64,000 bases of DNA from Craspedostauros australis. Its lineage: Eukaryota. The translations under genes and the position numbers were made by a program. Each line of letters opens with the position of its first letter. Within the stretch, counting starts at the first letter, position 1. The DNA lies in NCBI GenBank assembly GCA_030167865.1, contig JALAGF010003405.1:1-64000 (forward strand). The letters are read 5' to 3'. Under the pieces are notes generated by a model. The model saw nothing but the letters and a program-made list of their open reading frames with translations, had not been told where the DNA came from and searched no databases. Positions 1 to 11,513 of this stretch are shown piece after piece.

Positions 1-765
1 CTCGTCCTGCAACGGTTCAACATCATCAAGAAGCAGACAGAGTGCCCATTCGCACGAGTTGCCAAGCTCTGGGGCGCCAAACCGACACCACACAGTCCCA
101 ACAGTGCGCCTGCCTCACTCGTAGAAAGCGCACAATCATCAGCGCCTGCGTTGGCGGAATTCGTGAAGCGCTCCAATGCTGGCGAGGATTTGGACGGATT
201 CTGCGTGGAGCTAGACGATCCTTCGGCGCGAGAAGGTGGTCCGGATCAGTTGGGAAAGTGCGTGCGCATCTTCCTCACGGCCTTGGCCAAAAATGATCCT
301 TCCGACAAGGAAAACACCTGCATGAAGAATTCAAGGTTCATTGGACGAGCGGGATGGACCTTCCAGTTTTGCAAGGCCCGGTTCTTCCTCACAGTGTTTG
401 CCCCATGCTACCCCGAAACATCTTCACGGTACGGGTTTGGATCATCCCACGCCTTCCTCCTCTTCCAGCCCGAAGAATCTTTCCTGCGACACGATCTGCC
501 ACCGGATACGCCACACACCGCATGGGATCATCCCAAGACGGTGCGAGATCGAGCGCGGGTGAAGTACTCCCGGGCCGGTCGTAAGTACCACATTCCGGAC
601 TCGGTAAGCTATCCAGCCGCCGAGCATATTGTGAAGCCGTTGAATGAAGATGGAATGCAGGTGGTGAGGTGGTGGACGGATAACGAGAAAGACAACGATG
701 AAACAGATGGCGAGAGTGAAGGCGGCACGACAACCACTTCGTCATCAACCGCCCCATCTGATTGA
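1..765 (+). CDS. YqcI/YcgG-family-like protein (5'-truncated by window edge)
   Basis: Frame is open from base 1 (LVLQRFNIIKKQTECPFARVAKLWG...) into ORF 151..765. The CPFA motif and GWTFQFCKARFFLTVFAPCYP...SSRY...FLLFQPE resemble the YqcI/YcgG pattern (PC-x-FA; W-x-F-x-F...FF......P.Y...R). Confidence 0.6.
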   Translation, partial: LVLQRFNIIKKQTECPFARVAKLWGAKPTPHSPNSAPASLVESAQSSAPALAEFVKRSNAGEDLDGFCVELDDPSAREGGPDQLGKCVRIFLTALAKNDPSDKENTCMKNSRFIGRAGWTFQFCKARFFLTVFAPCYPETSSRYGFGSSHAFLLFQPEESFLRHDLPPDTPHTAWDHPKTVRDRARVKYSRAGRKYHIPDSVSYPAAEHIVKPLNEDGMQVVRWWTDNEKDNDETDGESEGGTTTTSSSTAPSD

Positions 766-1327
766 ATCTTCATCGTGGATGGAGAATTTTGGAGCGACAG
801 TGTCAGCGACGTCGTTGGCGATGGCCATGACACTGGAGTATTGCTCGAGAGTCCGCCTACGGGCATGGCGGAAGAGACTGGATAAGGATGGATCAGAGAA
901 GTCGAGTATGGCATAATAGTTCATTTTGTATTGTGTGGAGTAAATATAATATCTGTATGGCAGGTTGCCGTTTGGCCATGGTCTCTACCATACTCGCAGG
1001 CGCACACCACATGCCGGTCGCACTCGTACTAGTCGGTCGTAGAGAGAGGCCAGAATGACAGAATTCGCGAAACATAGGAACGCGGATGCGTTGTGCCCAA
1101 CGGAACAAACAACAACAACAACGACGACGACAACAAGAAAAAGAAAAAGAACGACAATGGAAATGGCCAAAACAGAACAGAACAGAACAAAACAAGCAAC
1201 AGGACAAGGATCAGAACCTCCCACAAAGCAATCACCCAGGGTCCGCCAACGCCGCAGCATACCAGCGCGATCGAATACTCCAGAGCAACAACTATAATAC
1301 GCTCGAACTGTTGGTGTCAACGCTCCA

Positions 1328-1377
1328 CCAGTAATAGTACCAGTAATAGTACCAGTAATAGTACCAGTAACTGTACC
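1328..1377 (+). repeat. 12-bp tandem repeat (ACCAGTAATAGT) x ~4
   Basis: accagtaatagt accagtaatagt accagtaatagt accagtaactgt ac read directly, just upstream of the ATG at 1393. Confidence 0.9.
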
Positions 1378-1392
1378 TGCGCCAGCAATCAT

Positions 1393-2631
1393 ATGACGGA
1401 AGGGATGGCCGAATACGAGGAATATCCACCACGCAAGGCAAGGCAACCGCAGCAACGGCGACGCACCAATCCTCGTCCAGCCGCAGCCGCAGCCACCAAC
1501 AGCGGTGCGGGAGATCCTGGGGCACGGCCCAAGCCTCCCAACGCAGCCAAGAGGAGGGTTACTGCCGATGGGATCGCCAGAGTCAACGCGGAGGCGCTCC
1601 AGCTTCAGCTCAAGAGAAAGAAGCAGTCATCGACATGGTACCGCCCGCTCGGCAGCAGCATGGGTCCTGTCAAATGCGCCGCCTTCATCGTCGCCGACGA
1701 ACTGCGGCAAGGCAACTGGCCTTCCAAGTACATGCAGGCCGACATTGCGGACTCAGCCGAAAGGCAGGCCGAGCTGCGCAAGCTGCATCAGGAACACAGC
1801 GAGCACGCCGCCTCCAGCCTCGAGCATTTCGCTCTCAACGTCGTGTTCCCGCAGCTGCAGACCTGTCATGCCATCCCACCGACCTGGTCCATCAACCAAC
1901 CGCCACGGGCATTCTACGCCACCTTGCTGGCGCTGCGGGAAGTCATGGCGCAGAATGCCGTCAAGTTATTTGGACACGACTTCCTCCCGCACGAGCCGAG
2001 GAGGGGTGCCACAGACGCATCCTTGATGATGATGCGGGACGCGTTCGGCAAGCCAAAGAGGAAGAAACAGAAGAAGACCAAGGCGGCGGCGGTGGTAGCG
2101 GGAGCTGTAGCGGGGACGAATCAACCCGCGTCTGCGAATGTTGACGGAAACGCAACCGACCCTCTCGATGCTTACGAAGACAAGCAGGTGGGGCATTTCC
2201 TGGCGCTCTCCTTTGCCACCTCCATCATCATCACCGCTGTGGAATCGAATCTCCAAGCGTCGTCGGCGAAGACCATCGATCAGTTCCTCACTTTGGCCAA
2301 GGAGTACGACGAGGGAAATGATGAATTTGCGAACTGCTTGGAGAAACGGGACGGGCGATTTTGCGGTGTCCTGCCAAATGGCAGCCGCTTGAACCCGGAG
2401 GAGAACATCGCGGCAACCATATCGTACAATCGATCCTTGGAACAGCATCATCTGACGCAGCTCAAGCGGGCCCGGGCCCTCAAACTGCCACCCGCGAATC
2501 TCGTCGACCTTCCCACGCCCGATGCATGCCACATGGTCCTGCTCGAGAAGACAGACTTTGTCAGTGGCTCGCCGACTGCGAGGCTGATCAAGCTGCGAGA
2601 CCAGGAGTACCTGAACGAGATCAAATCATAG
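1393..2631 (+). CDS. Hypothetical protein (~412 aa), basic/NLS-like stretches, no recognised domain
   Basis: Long GC3-rich ORF. First in-frame ATG at 1393 follows a CAA-rich UTR-like stretch (ORF track start 1093 is GTG). Contains KRKK and KPKRKKQKK basic clusters. Confidence 0.75.
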   Translation: MTEGMAEYEEYPPRKARQPQQRRRTNPRPAAAAATNSGAGDPGARPKPPNAAKRRVTADGIARVNAEALQLQLKRKKQSSTWYRPLGSSMGPVKCAAFIVADELRQGNWPSKYMQADIADSAERQAELRKLHQEHSEHAASSLEHFALNVVFPQLQTCHAIPPTWSINQPPRAFYATLLALREVMAQNAVKLFGHDFLPHEPRRGATDASLMMMRDAFGKPKRKKQKKTKAAAVVAGAVAGTNQPASANVDGNATDPLDAYEDKQVGHFLALSFATSIIITAVESNLQASSAKTIDQFLTLAKEYDEGNDEFANCLEKRDGRFCGVLPNGSRLNPEENIAATISYNRSLEQHHLTQLKRARALKLPPANLVDLPTPDACHMVLLEKTDFVSGSPTARLIKLRDQEYLNEIKS

Positions 2632-3175
2632 CCTGCGTTGGCGTACCATACCATCGCGACACTTGCAACTGCAACTGCACCTTGATGCTGTCATGCTGCC
2701 AGGCAAAGGTAGTTCTGAAGGATATTCTGGTAAATGGGAGTAGAGTAATCTATTTGTGCGATAGTTCATTGGCGGAATTGCCCATGTGCTCTGCTCAGTT
2801 ACAATGCACAGCTCTACCCTGATGTTGTAGCGTTGGCTCTTTCGCAAGAATCGTGATTCGTTATTCACGCATATGACATGAGTGACGTCAGTTGTGGTAC
2901 TCGTCCCCATCCCAGCACGAAGACATGCGCGCACTTCTTGCTGGATCTTCACATTCGAATCGGGAGGCGAGTACTCACCGACGAACAAAGATCTGCACCC
3001 GCGCAAACGTCAACCGTCCATGGCCGACGCCAATCCCTGTCACCACCATCGTCATCGCCGCCGACATCGCACCTGATTCCATCACACAACAAAACAACAG
3101 CTACAACACAATTCATCACATTCTTGAAACAAACAAGCCAACAAACAAACAAAAATAACCAAAGAAATAGCAACC

Positions 3176-4705
3176 ATGATGTTCCGCCTCGTCCTCACCT
3201 CGACGGTCCTTTCGACAGTCACCCGCTTCTCGAGCGCGTTCGCTCCGACCACCCGCAGGTTCGGACGCTCCGCTTCCGTTCTCGCCGCCAGCGACTCTGA
3301 CTTTGATGACTTCACCTCCAAGGTGTCTTTCATGTTCCCCGGACAGGGCGCACAGTTCGTGGGCATGTGCGGAGACGTCTGCAAGGAGGTCCCAGCCGCC
3401 AAGGCCCTCTTCGACGAGGCCAGCGAAATTCTGGGCTACGACCTCCTCGAGCTCTGCATGGAGGGACCCAAGGAGAAGCTCGATTCCACCGTCATCTCCC
3501 AGCCAGCCATCTTCGTCGCCAGCATGGCCGCCGTGGAGAAGCTCAAGCAGGAATCCGGACAGGAGGCTATCGATGCGGCCACCTGCGCCATGGGTCTCAG
3601 CTTGGGAGAATACTCCGCCCTGTGCTTTGCCGATGCCATCTCCTTTGCCGACGGCGTCAAGATCACCAAGGCCCGTGGTGAAGCCATGCAGGCCGCCTCC
3701 GATGCGCAGGATACCGGCATGGTCTCCGTCATTGGCCTGTCCAGCGACAAGGTCAAGGACCTCTGTGAGATGGCCACTGAAAAGACCGGGGAGAACATCC
3801 AGATCGCCAACTACCTGTGCAAGGGCAACTACGCCGTCAGCGGTACTAGCACCGCCTGCGAATCCGTCGCCGCCCTGGCCAAGCCAGAGTTCAAGGCCCG
3901 CATGACCGTCAAGCTTGCCGTCGCAGGTGCATTCCACACAGGTGAGTATTTAGGGCGACGGTGTCATGTTTCATCCATACGCGCTGTTGTATCTACATTA
4001 GTACGATGCATGGGATGTGGATTGAAGTGAGATTGAGGTTGCACCACAATCGAATGCAGGAATCGATTGGTTTGACTGTGTCGCACGCCATCAACCTGCA
4101 TCATGAGTTGCAGTTTGATGACATCACTGGGTCTTGATAGGTGACGGCGTTTGAAGCGCGAGCAAATGCTGTACACGTACTCTGTTGGTCTGGTGTTGCT
4201 CCACTAGTCCACTCTAATCTTTCCCCCTTTCCATACTTGCGATCAATGATGATGATGCTGACAACTGTTCGTCCACTTCTTCAATACACACACACACACA
4301 CACAAACACACGTGCGCTCCACAATTTACTCGACACCGCACGCATCATACATCACCAATCGTATCATTTCCGTGATTCATTTTCTTTGTCGTCGTCACCT
4401 CTCGCATCGCAGAATTCATGCAGCCCGCTGTCGCTGGTCTCGAGGAGGTCCTTGCCGGAGTCGAGGTCAAGAAGCCACGAATCCCCGTCATCAGCAACGT
4501 CGATGCCAAGCCGCATTCCGACCCAGATACAATCAAGCAGCTCCTTGCCACTCAGGTCACATCGCCGGTGCTTTGGGAGAACACAATGGACAGCATGCTC
4601 GGAAACGGATTCGAGGAGGCCTACGAACTGGGACCAGGCAAGGTCACCGCAGGAATCCTGAAGCGATTCGACAAGCAGGCCAAGTGCACCAACATCGATG
4701 TGTAA
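3176..4705 (+). CDS. fabD: Plastid malonyl-CoA:ACP transacylase; exons 3176-3941 and 4413-4705 (~352 aa)
   Basis: FPGQGAQ, GLSLGEY (catalytic Ser), AGAFHT|EFMQPA across a GT-AG intron 3942-4412, and ELGPG. N-terminal signal peptide ends in SSA-FAP (ASAFAP plastid motif). Confidence 0.95.
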
Positions 4706-5310
4706 CGGTGAAACAAGAGCGAAACAAAGCAAAGCACTCGTAAGTTATCGAGTACATAAAATCAAAAGGCCCGTTTTAGTGCAGATTATCTGCGCTGCGC
4801 AGAAACAGGAAGCGGGGCTTCCTTCCCTAACTGCATTCTTAGTCTGTGTGTGCGTTTCTGTTCAGTTGCGCCATGTCGTGTAAAGACGTTAGTACGACTG
4901 TTCGTGTCATGACATACTACTGATCTAGTCTAGATGTTACGGTCGCCTCACAGACCGCTCACCACCAACCAAAAACGACCACAACAACACCATGGCCTTT
5001 GCCTGTACCCACAAAACAAGAGAGGAACAAGGCATCAACCCAAAGCAACGAAGAGAGCCGATCGCCCCAAAGGAACGGACCAATCGACCAGAGGTCTCCC
5101 TTTCTGGCTCCATCTACGACGTGCAATACCTGGAGTTCTATTCGATCTTCACCAACGAAGAGGAATAGCTCGAGAGAGACCAGCTGAGAAGGATACATAT
5201 CCCCTACACGATCACTGCATCGTACTCGAAGCACGCCCAAGAAGACGTGACTGCGGCGATCGATCCTCCATCCAACAGCCGGATTGCCATTCCAAAACAC
5301 AGAAGACAGT

Positions 5311-5353
5311 GCAACAGCAACAACAACAACAGCAACAACAACAGCAACAACAA
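5311..5353 (+). repeat. (CAA/CAG)n microsatellite upstream of SmD3
   Basis: gcaacagcaacaacaacaacagcaacaacaacagcaacaacaa read directly. Confidence 0.9.
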
Positions 5354-5433
5354 TAGAGCAGAGCATAGAGCTTCGCAGTAACTGCCACACGAATAGTACG
5401 ACTCGTGCATAGCACTCGAACGGTCACAACAAC

Positions 5434-7079
5434 ATGTCCGTCGTCGGAAACAACCGTGTCGGAATCCCGATCGTCGTGCTGCACGATGCCGAGGGTGCTG
5501 TGGTGGAGGTGGAGACCAAGAAGGGAGAGCTCATCCGTGGATTGCTCTTCGAAGCAGAGGATCAGATGAACCTGTACCTTCGGAATGCCATCGTGCGAGA
5601 CCCTCATGGTGCCAAGCGCAAGATCAACCAAATCTACATCCGCGGACCTGAGATCGTCTTCATCGTCTTGCCGGACATGCTCAAGCATGCGCCGATGTTC
5701 AACAGGTGAGTTGCATACGAGCTACATGCAAGTATCTGCAATACGCTGCCGTATGGTAGAATTACTCTGTGTTTTTTGGGTTGAAGATGTTGAGTCCATG
5801 AGGATGAGCATGAACATGAGATATGTACGTGTATCTACCTGTGGTTCTATTTATTGATGGTGAGATTACAGCGCTTGGTTGTTATGCGGTTCCAGGTGCT
5901 TCACATCGGTGCGGTTTCTATTGTTTAATGTGCGGATCGGTGAGAGCCTCGTCAATCCGTCGAGAGGCGAACAAACAGGTAACGATGGTTGGCTGAGTTC
6001 CAGCTTGCATCAGCATGCATGATAGTCATGAGCATGCCCTGATGGAAAGGCGAGTGTGATTGAAACAAGATCCAACCAAACTTGGGTGGGTATCGTGAGA
6101 GACTGGGAAGTTGAACGCTTGATGATCTGATATGATCATTCCAAGCGCCGCGTATTCAAGGACCACAAGGATGCAAGGGAATAGATCACCTTCAACGCCA
6201 ACACACTCCACCATACGTTACCACCATAGAGAACGGAGCCAAGAATGATGTAAAGAACAGAAGACAAGAAAAACCAGAACAAGTCAGAGAGCTACGGGAC
6301 CGTCGCCTTTACCACCGAACCGACCGCAAATATCCAACAAACTTGACGAATATGACGGCATCTCGCATGAGGAACTTGAGAGATGGCATGTACATCAGCA
6401 TCCTATTCATGAGGTGAGTGACCTCGTTGACAAAATGACGTGCAAACTCACATGCCTGTTCACTGTCTTTCTCTTGCTCTTCCATCGCCAACATTGCGAA
6501 TGTCTCTGTCTGTCGCAAATCCGATGGCTTCATTGGATGGCTTCATCCGATGGATGTGCCATACGGTAATCTGCGCTGTAAATCCGCGGTGCCAACAAAT
6601 GGACGACAAACTAACGCCCGCATCCCACTTCATCCCATCACCTACTTGACACACCTCTGCACATCTCTACGCACTTGTTCCATTGGTAACGACGATCACA
6701 CATCACGGATACTATGTCATGTTGAATCACGAATGTCGAACGTTGAATGGAAAACTGTGCAATAACAACCGTCACGGCGGACAGAATAAAGCATTGGAGG
6801 AAGCATGGCGGAGCACCACCCGAGGGAGTCGGCCAAGCGGTCGGCCAAGCCGCAGCAATTCTGAGAAAAGCGACCGAACGACGCAGAGGCGGTTTCGGCG
6901 GGAGATTCGGTGGACGTGGCGGCGGCCGAGGCGATGGTAACGGACCGGGAGGATCTGGCGGAAGAGGCAGAGGTGGTTTCGGTCGCGGTGGCAGAGGCGG
7001 CGGAGGTCGTGGCGGGATCCCTGGAGGTGGTCGCGGCATGTCTCCGTACCAGGCAGGACCGCGGTCGTATGGCCCTTGA
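5434..7079 (+). CDS. SNRPD3: Small nuclear ribonucleoprotein Sm D3; exons 5434-5705 and 6785-7079 (~188 aa)
   Basis: GIPIVVLHDAEG..VEVETKKGE..RG.L.EAEDQMN..IYIRG..I.FIVLPDMLKHAPMF is the SmD3 signature. Intron 5706-6784 (AG|gtgagt...acag|A) joins it in frame to an RG/RGG-rich tail. Confidence 0.93.
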
Positions 7080-8175
7080 TCTGGAGATCGTATTCGATCG
7101 TATTGTACCAACACTTGCACCCGCATGATATTGCGGTGGTCGTCATCCGCACCTCAGCACAAGGGTAGAGTGGCCTGCATTGGTGCCGGACGACCAACCA
7201 AATCGAGACCACGAGCAACATCCAGCACGCGTGCTACCATGTCATACTGCTCTACAATCTTCTCATCCCTTAAGCACCAGACACGAAGGCAACAGCAAAT
7301 CCATCTAACACGGCCAGTAGCAATGCTTCCATACTATTATGCATGAGTACACAACTGTTATACTCTCCTATAATAATATATTATGTTGTGCGTTAATAGA
7401 ATTGTCCTGCCTACTGGGATTGTGAGTCAAAGTGCAGCCTCTATCACCAACGAAGGGGTCTGCCTTCACGCCGACGTCTGGTGGGTGGTCAGAACCGTTC
7501 CTTCCAAACTCGAGACGAAGGAAAGCGAAGAAAGTCCCGCGATCCGTTCGTTTCATCAATCGTGAATGGTGTCTGACCGTATGTCCGTGAATCCGTCATG
7601 TCGGGAATGGAAGAGAATCGAGTTCCGCGAGACCAACTGGCGAAACGTGGATTTTGCTCACCCTGTTTCGGTTGGTAGGGTTTCTACATGGCTTTTACGG
7701 AGGTCCGAAACGAAATTGTTGAGCAGGTGGGTGAGTGGATGGATGGATGAGCGGTGTCTCTCGAATGCGGATCTGAAAAGATCTCGATCGAACACGAAGG
7801 AGCAACATTTTTGGGTGGCTCCCGTCGCAGGGTCGTATCGTGGAGGGTCATCGTGGTGGTCGGCAAACACACGTGTCGACTCACGGGACACGATCAAAGC
7901 GCATTGCGTCACGCGAAGAAAACCACGCAACGATGCGAAAGGAGAAGAAAGGAGAGGAAACCAGAACCGAAAATCCAAACAAACCACCCACACAACACAC
8001 CACAACGCAAAACCTCCAAAACATCCGTTTGGCAACACGACGCAACGCGACATAACGTGACCCGAAACAAACAACAAAGCAATCCTTCGCCTCATAAATT
8101 GCTCATTTGCAACAAATCAATTGCGCAACTCAACTCAACCAACCAACCAACACATACACCAACAACAACGTCAAA

Positions 8176-11037
8176 ATGGTGAGTGATACTGGACCACAGG
8201 CACGACGGCCTGTTGACCTATCGTGCCGCGTCTCCCATGTCTCGTGATCAAGCACGTCGCGTCATTGCTGGATGGTGGTGCCGTCGATGTTGATCGCACG
8301 TGCATGCGACTGTCATTGTGGATCCAACAACACCAGCAACAGTAGCAACAGCACCGCCCAAAGACTTTGAGAAGTGGAGCCGGATCTGGCGCAAACGACC
8401 CTTCGGCTTTCGCTTTCCAGACATGAACACGTCGTCATCTCACACACAATACATTCCATCCTCTCTCGCTCCCCTTCCCATTCAATCCTCTCTCGTCTCG
8501 CGTCCTCCATCCGACGTCCATCAATTGAATCAAACCATGAAAAATGACAGGCCGAGTCATCTGAAAGCTACGCCTTCTCTGCTGATATCAACCAGCTCCT
8601 CTCGTTGAGTAAGTCCATTCCTTCGCAACCGAATGCGGGCGCCTCCATCCAACCGAATTTGGGATGGGAATCCATTCCGTGGTGACCCCGTTTGCGCTTG
8701 CTTCTGATTGCGATAAACGATTCGTATCAGTACGATCTACAATACCAATTGCCGCCACGCCGCGTTGCTGGTGCTCTCCCTTGTGGCCTTTCTTGCTCGT
8801 GAAACAATCTCTCATCGTCGATTTCTTCTTTCTTGCTTGCTCATCGCATGGCTAAACCCGGAATCCAAACCCAACGCGCATCGCGGACAACTTTGACGAA
8901 CCTCGCTGAAACCAATTGCGAATGAATCAACACACAATTACGAATACGACATTCCATGCAATGCACAGTCATCAACACTTTCTACTCCAACAAGGAAATC
9001 TTCCTCCGTGAATTGATCTCCAACTCCAGCGATGCCCTCGACAAGATCCGCTACCAGTCCCTCACCGACAGCTCGGTCCTCGAGGCCGAGCCAGAGCTCC
9101 AAATCAAGCTCGTCGCCGACAAGGCCAACAACACCCTCAGCATTGAGGATTCCGGAATCGGAATGACCAAGGCTGACCTCATCAACAACCTCGGAACCAT
9201 CGCCAAGTCCGGAACCAAGGCCTTCATGGAGGCCCTCTCCGCCGGTGCCGACATCAGCATGATCGGACAGTTCGGTGTGGGTTTCTACTCCGCCTACCTC
9301 GTCGCAGACAAGGTCGAGGTCGTCTCCAAGAACAACGACGACGACTGCTACATGTGGAGCTCCGAGGCCGGTGGATCCTTCACCGTCAACAAGATTGACG
9401 CAGGAGAGATTGGACGCGGAACACGCATCATCCTGCACCTGAAGGAGGACATGTCCGAGTACCTTGAGGAGAAGCGCATCAAGGACCTCGTCAAGAAGCA
9501 CTCCGAATTCATCGGCTTCCCAATCAAGCTCTACACCGAGAAGACCACCGAGAAGGAGGTCACCGATGACGATGATGATGAAGAGGAAGAGGAAGGCGAC
9601 TCTGACAAGCCAAAGATCGAGGAGGTCGATGACGAGGAAGAGGCCAAGAAGGAGAAGAAGACCAAGAAGATCAAGGAGGTCAGCCACGAATGGGAGCACC
9701 TGAACAACATGAAGCCAATCTGGATGCGCAAGCCCGACGAGGTCACCAACGACGAGTACGTCGCCTTCTACAAGTCCGTCTCGAACGACTGGGAGGAGCA
9801 CGCCGCCGTTAAGCACTTCTCCGTCGAGGGTCAGCTCGAATTCAAGGCCATCCTCTTCACACCAAAGCGTGCCCCGTTCGACATGTTCGAGGGTGGAAAC
9901 AAGAAGAAGTCCAACCACATCAAGCTCTACGTGCGACGTGTGTTCATCATGGACAACTGCGAGGACCTCATGCCAGAGTGGTTGCAGTTCGTGAAGGGAG
10001 TTGTCGACTCTGAGGATCTTCCCCTCAATATCTCCCGTGAGACTCTGCAACAGAACAAGATCCTCCGCGTCATCAAGAAGAACCTCGTCAAGAAGTGCAT
10101 CGAAATGTTCAAGGACCTCACCGAGAACGAGGATGCCTACAAGAAGTTCTACGAGGCCTTCGCAAAGAACCTCAAGCTCGGTATCCACGAAGACTCCACC
10201 AACCGCGCCAAGATCGCCAAGCTCTTGCGTTACCACTCCACCAAGTCCGGAGACGACATGACCTCCCTCGAGGACTACGTCGCCCGCATGAGCGACGCCC
10301 AGCCAGGAATCTACTACGTCACCGGAGAATCCAAGCGCGCCGTCGAGACCTCCCCATTCCTTGAGAAGCTCAAGAAGAAGGGATACGAGGTCCTCTTCAT
10401 GGTTGACCCAATTGACGAGTATGCCGTGCAGCAGCTGAAAGAATTCGAGGGCAAGAAGCTCCTCTCCGCCACCAAGGAGGGACTTGACCTTGCCGACGAT
10501 GAGGAGGAGAAGCAGGCATTCGAGGCCGCCAAGGCCAAGACCGAGTCCCTGTGCAAGCTCATGAAGGAGGTTCTCGATGACAAGGTCGAGAAGGTCGTCG
10601 TGTCCAACCGTCTCGCCGACTCCCCATGCGTCCTCGTCACCGGCGAGTACGGATGGTCCGCCAACATGGAGCGTATCATGAAGGCCCAGGCACTCCGTGA
10701 TGCCAGCCAGTCCGCGTACATGTCGTCCAAGAAGACCATGGAGATCAACCCACAGAACTCCATCATCGTTGCGCTCCGCGAGAAGGCCGAGGCTGACCAG
10801 AGCGACAAGACCGTCAAGGATCTCATCTGGTTGATGTACGACACCTCCCTCCTCACCTCCGGATTCTCCCTCGACGAGCCATCCACCTTCGCCTCTCGCA
10901 TCCACCGTCTCGTCAAGCTCGGTCTGTCCATCGACGACGACGATGATGATGATGATGCCGATGGTGACATGGACGATCTCCCACCACTTGATGGGGATGA
11001 TGACAACGAAGAATCCCAGATGGAGACCGTTGACTAA
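8176..11037 (+). CDS. HSP90: Cytosolic heat-shock protein 90; exons 8176-8178 (ATG only), 8551-8608 and 8969-11037 (~709 aa)
   Basis: [58 protein letters not shown], charged linker, C-terminal METVD. Introns 8179-8550 and 8609-8968 have canonical GT-AG ends. Confidence 0.98.
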
Positions 11038-11513
11038 ACAGCCCATGCGAGTACCAGAAGTAGTACGAGCCAGAGGCGTCTGAATGCACAAAACATCACT
11101 CATCTTCCTTGCTCCTTAGCCAGTGATTAGATTAGACCAAAACAATTCAATACGAATTCACTCTCCTCCCTTGTACGAGCACACACGCTTGTCGCATGAT
11201 GTTGCATAGAGCACGAGAAGTAGTATCTGTGCTCGAGCCGAGTGCGGCCTTCGGCTTCTGCGTAGCGCGAGTATGCATCCGGATGCGACGAAGGAACAAT
11301 GTGCAGTGTTTTCGTCTTACGCTAATTTGTTGGCGACTGATGGATGAGTTGCCATCCGGTTGTGCATTTCACTGCCAAGAATGAGTCCATGTTGTTGAGT
11401 ATGAGCTATGGTGCTCTTTGTATAATAGATACGAGTATTAGGAAAGTGCAGGACAGTAGAGTAATAGTGCATCTATCATGTCGTTCACGAGTAGTGTCTG
11501 TCTCTGTCTCTCT

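Noticed and set aside
763-885. Possible TGA read-through or selenocysteine extension of the first gene (39 open codons after the stop)
   Set aside because: An open run of this length is common by chance; no SECIS or redox motif was recognised.
2626-3006. Minus-strand 126-aa ORF with a BRCT-like VTHVI stretch
   Set aside because: No ATG at its start, lacks other BRCT hallmarks, and overlaps the fabD promoter and the 3' end of the upstream gene; likely spurious.
4934-5356. 140-aa ORF ending in poly-Q
   Set aside because: The poly-Q derives from a CAA microsatellite in the SmD3 upstream region; no coding bias or recognisable domain.
6309-6533. Antisense 74-aa ORF nested in the SmD3 intron
   Set aside because: Short, no recognisable motif; sense-strand splice signals explain the region better.
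7500-8170. Heat-shock elements upstream of HSP90
   Set aside because: Only scattered GAA/TTC triplets; no clean nGAAnnTTCnnGAAn array that I could support.
8938-11103. 721-aa antisense ORF over HSP90
   Set aside because: Shadow ORF caused by strong codon bias of a highly expressed gene.
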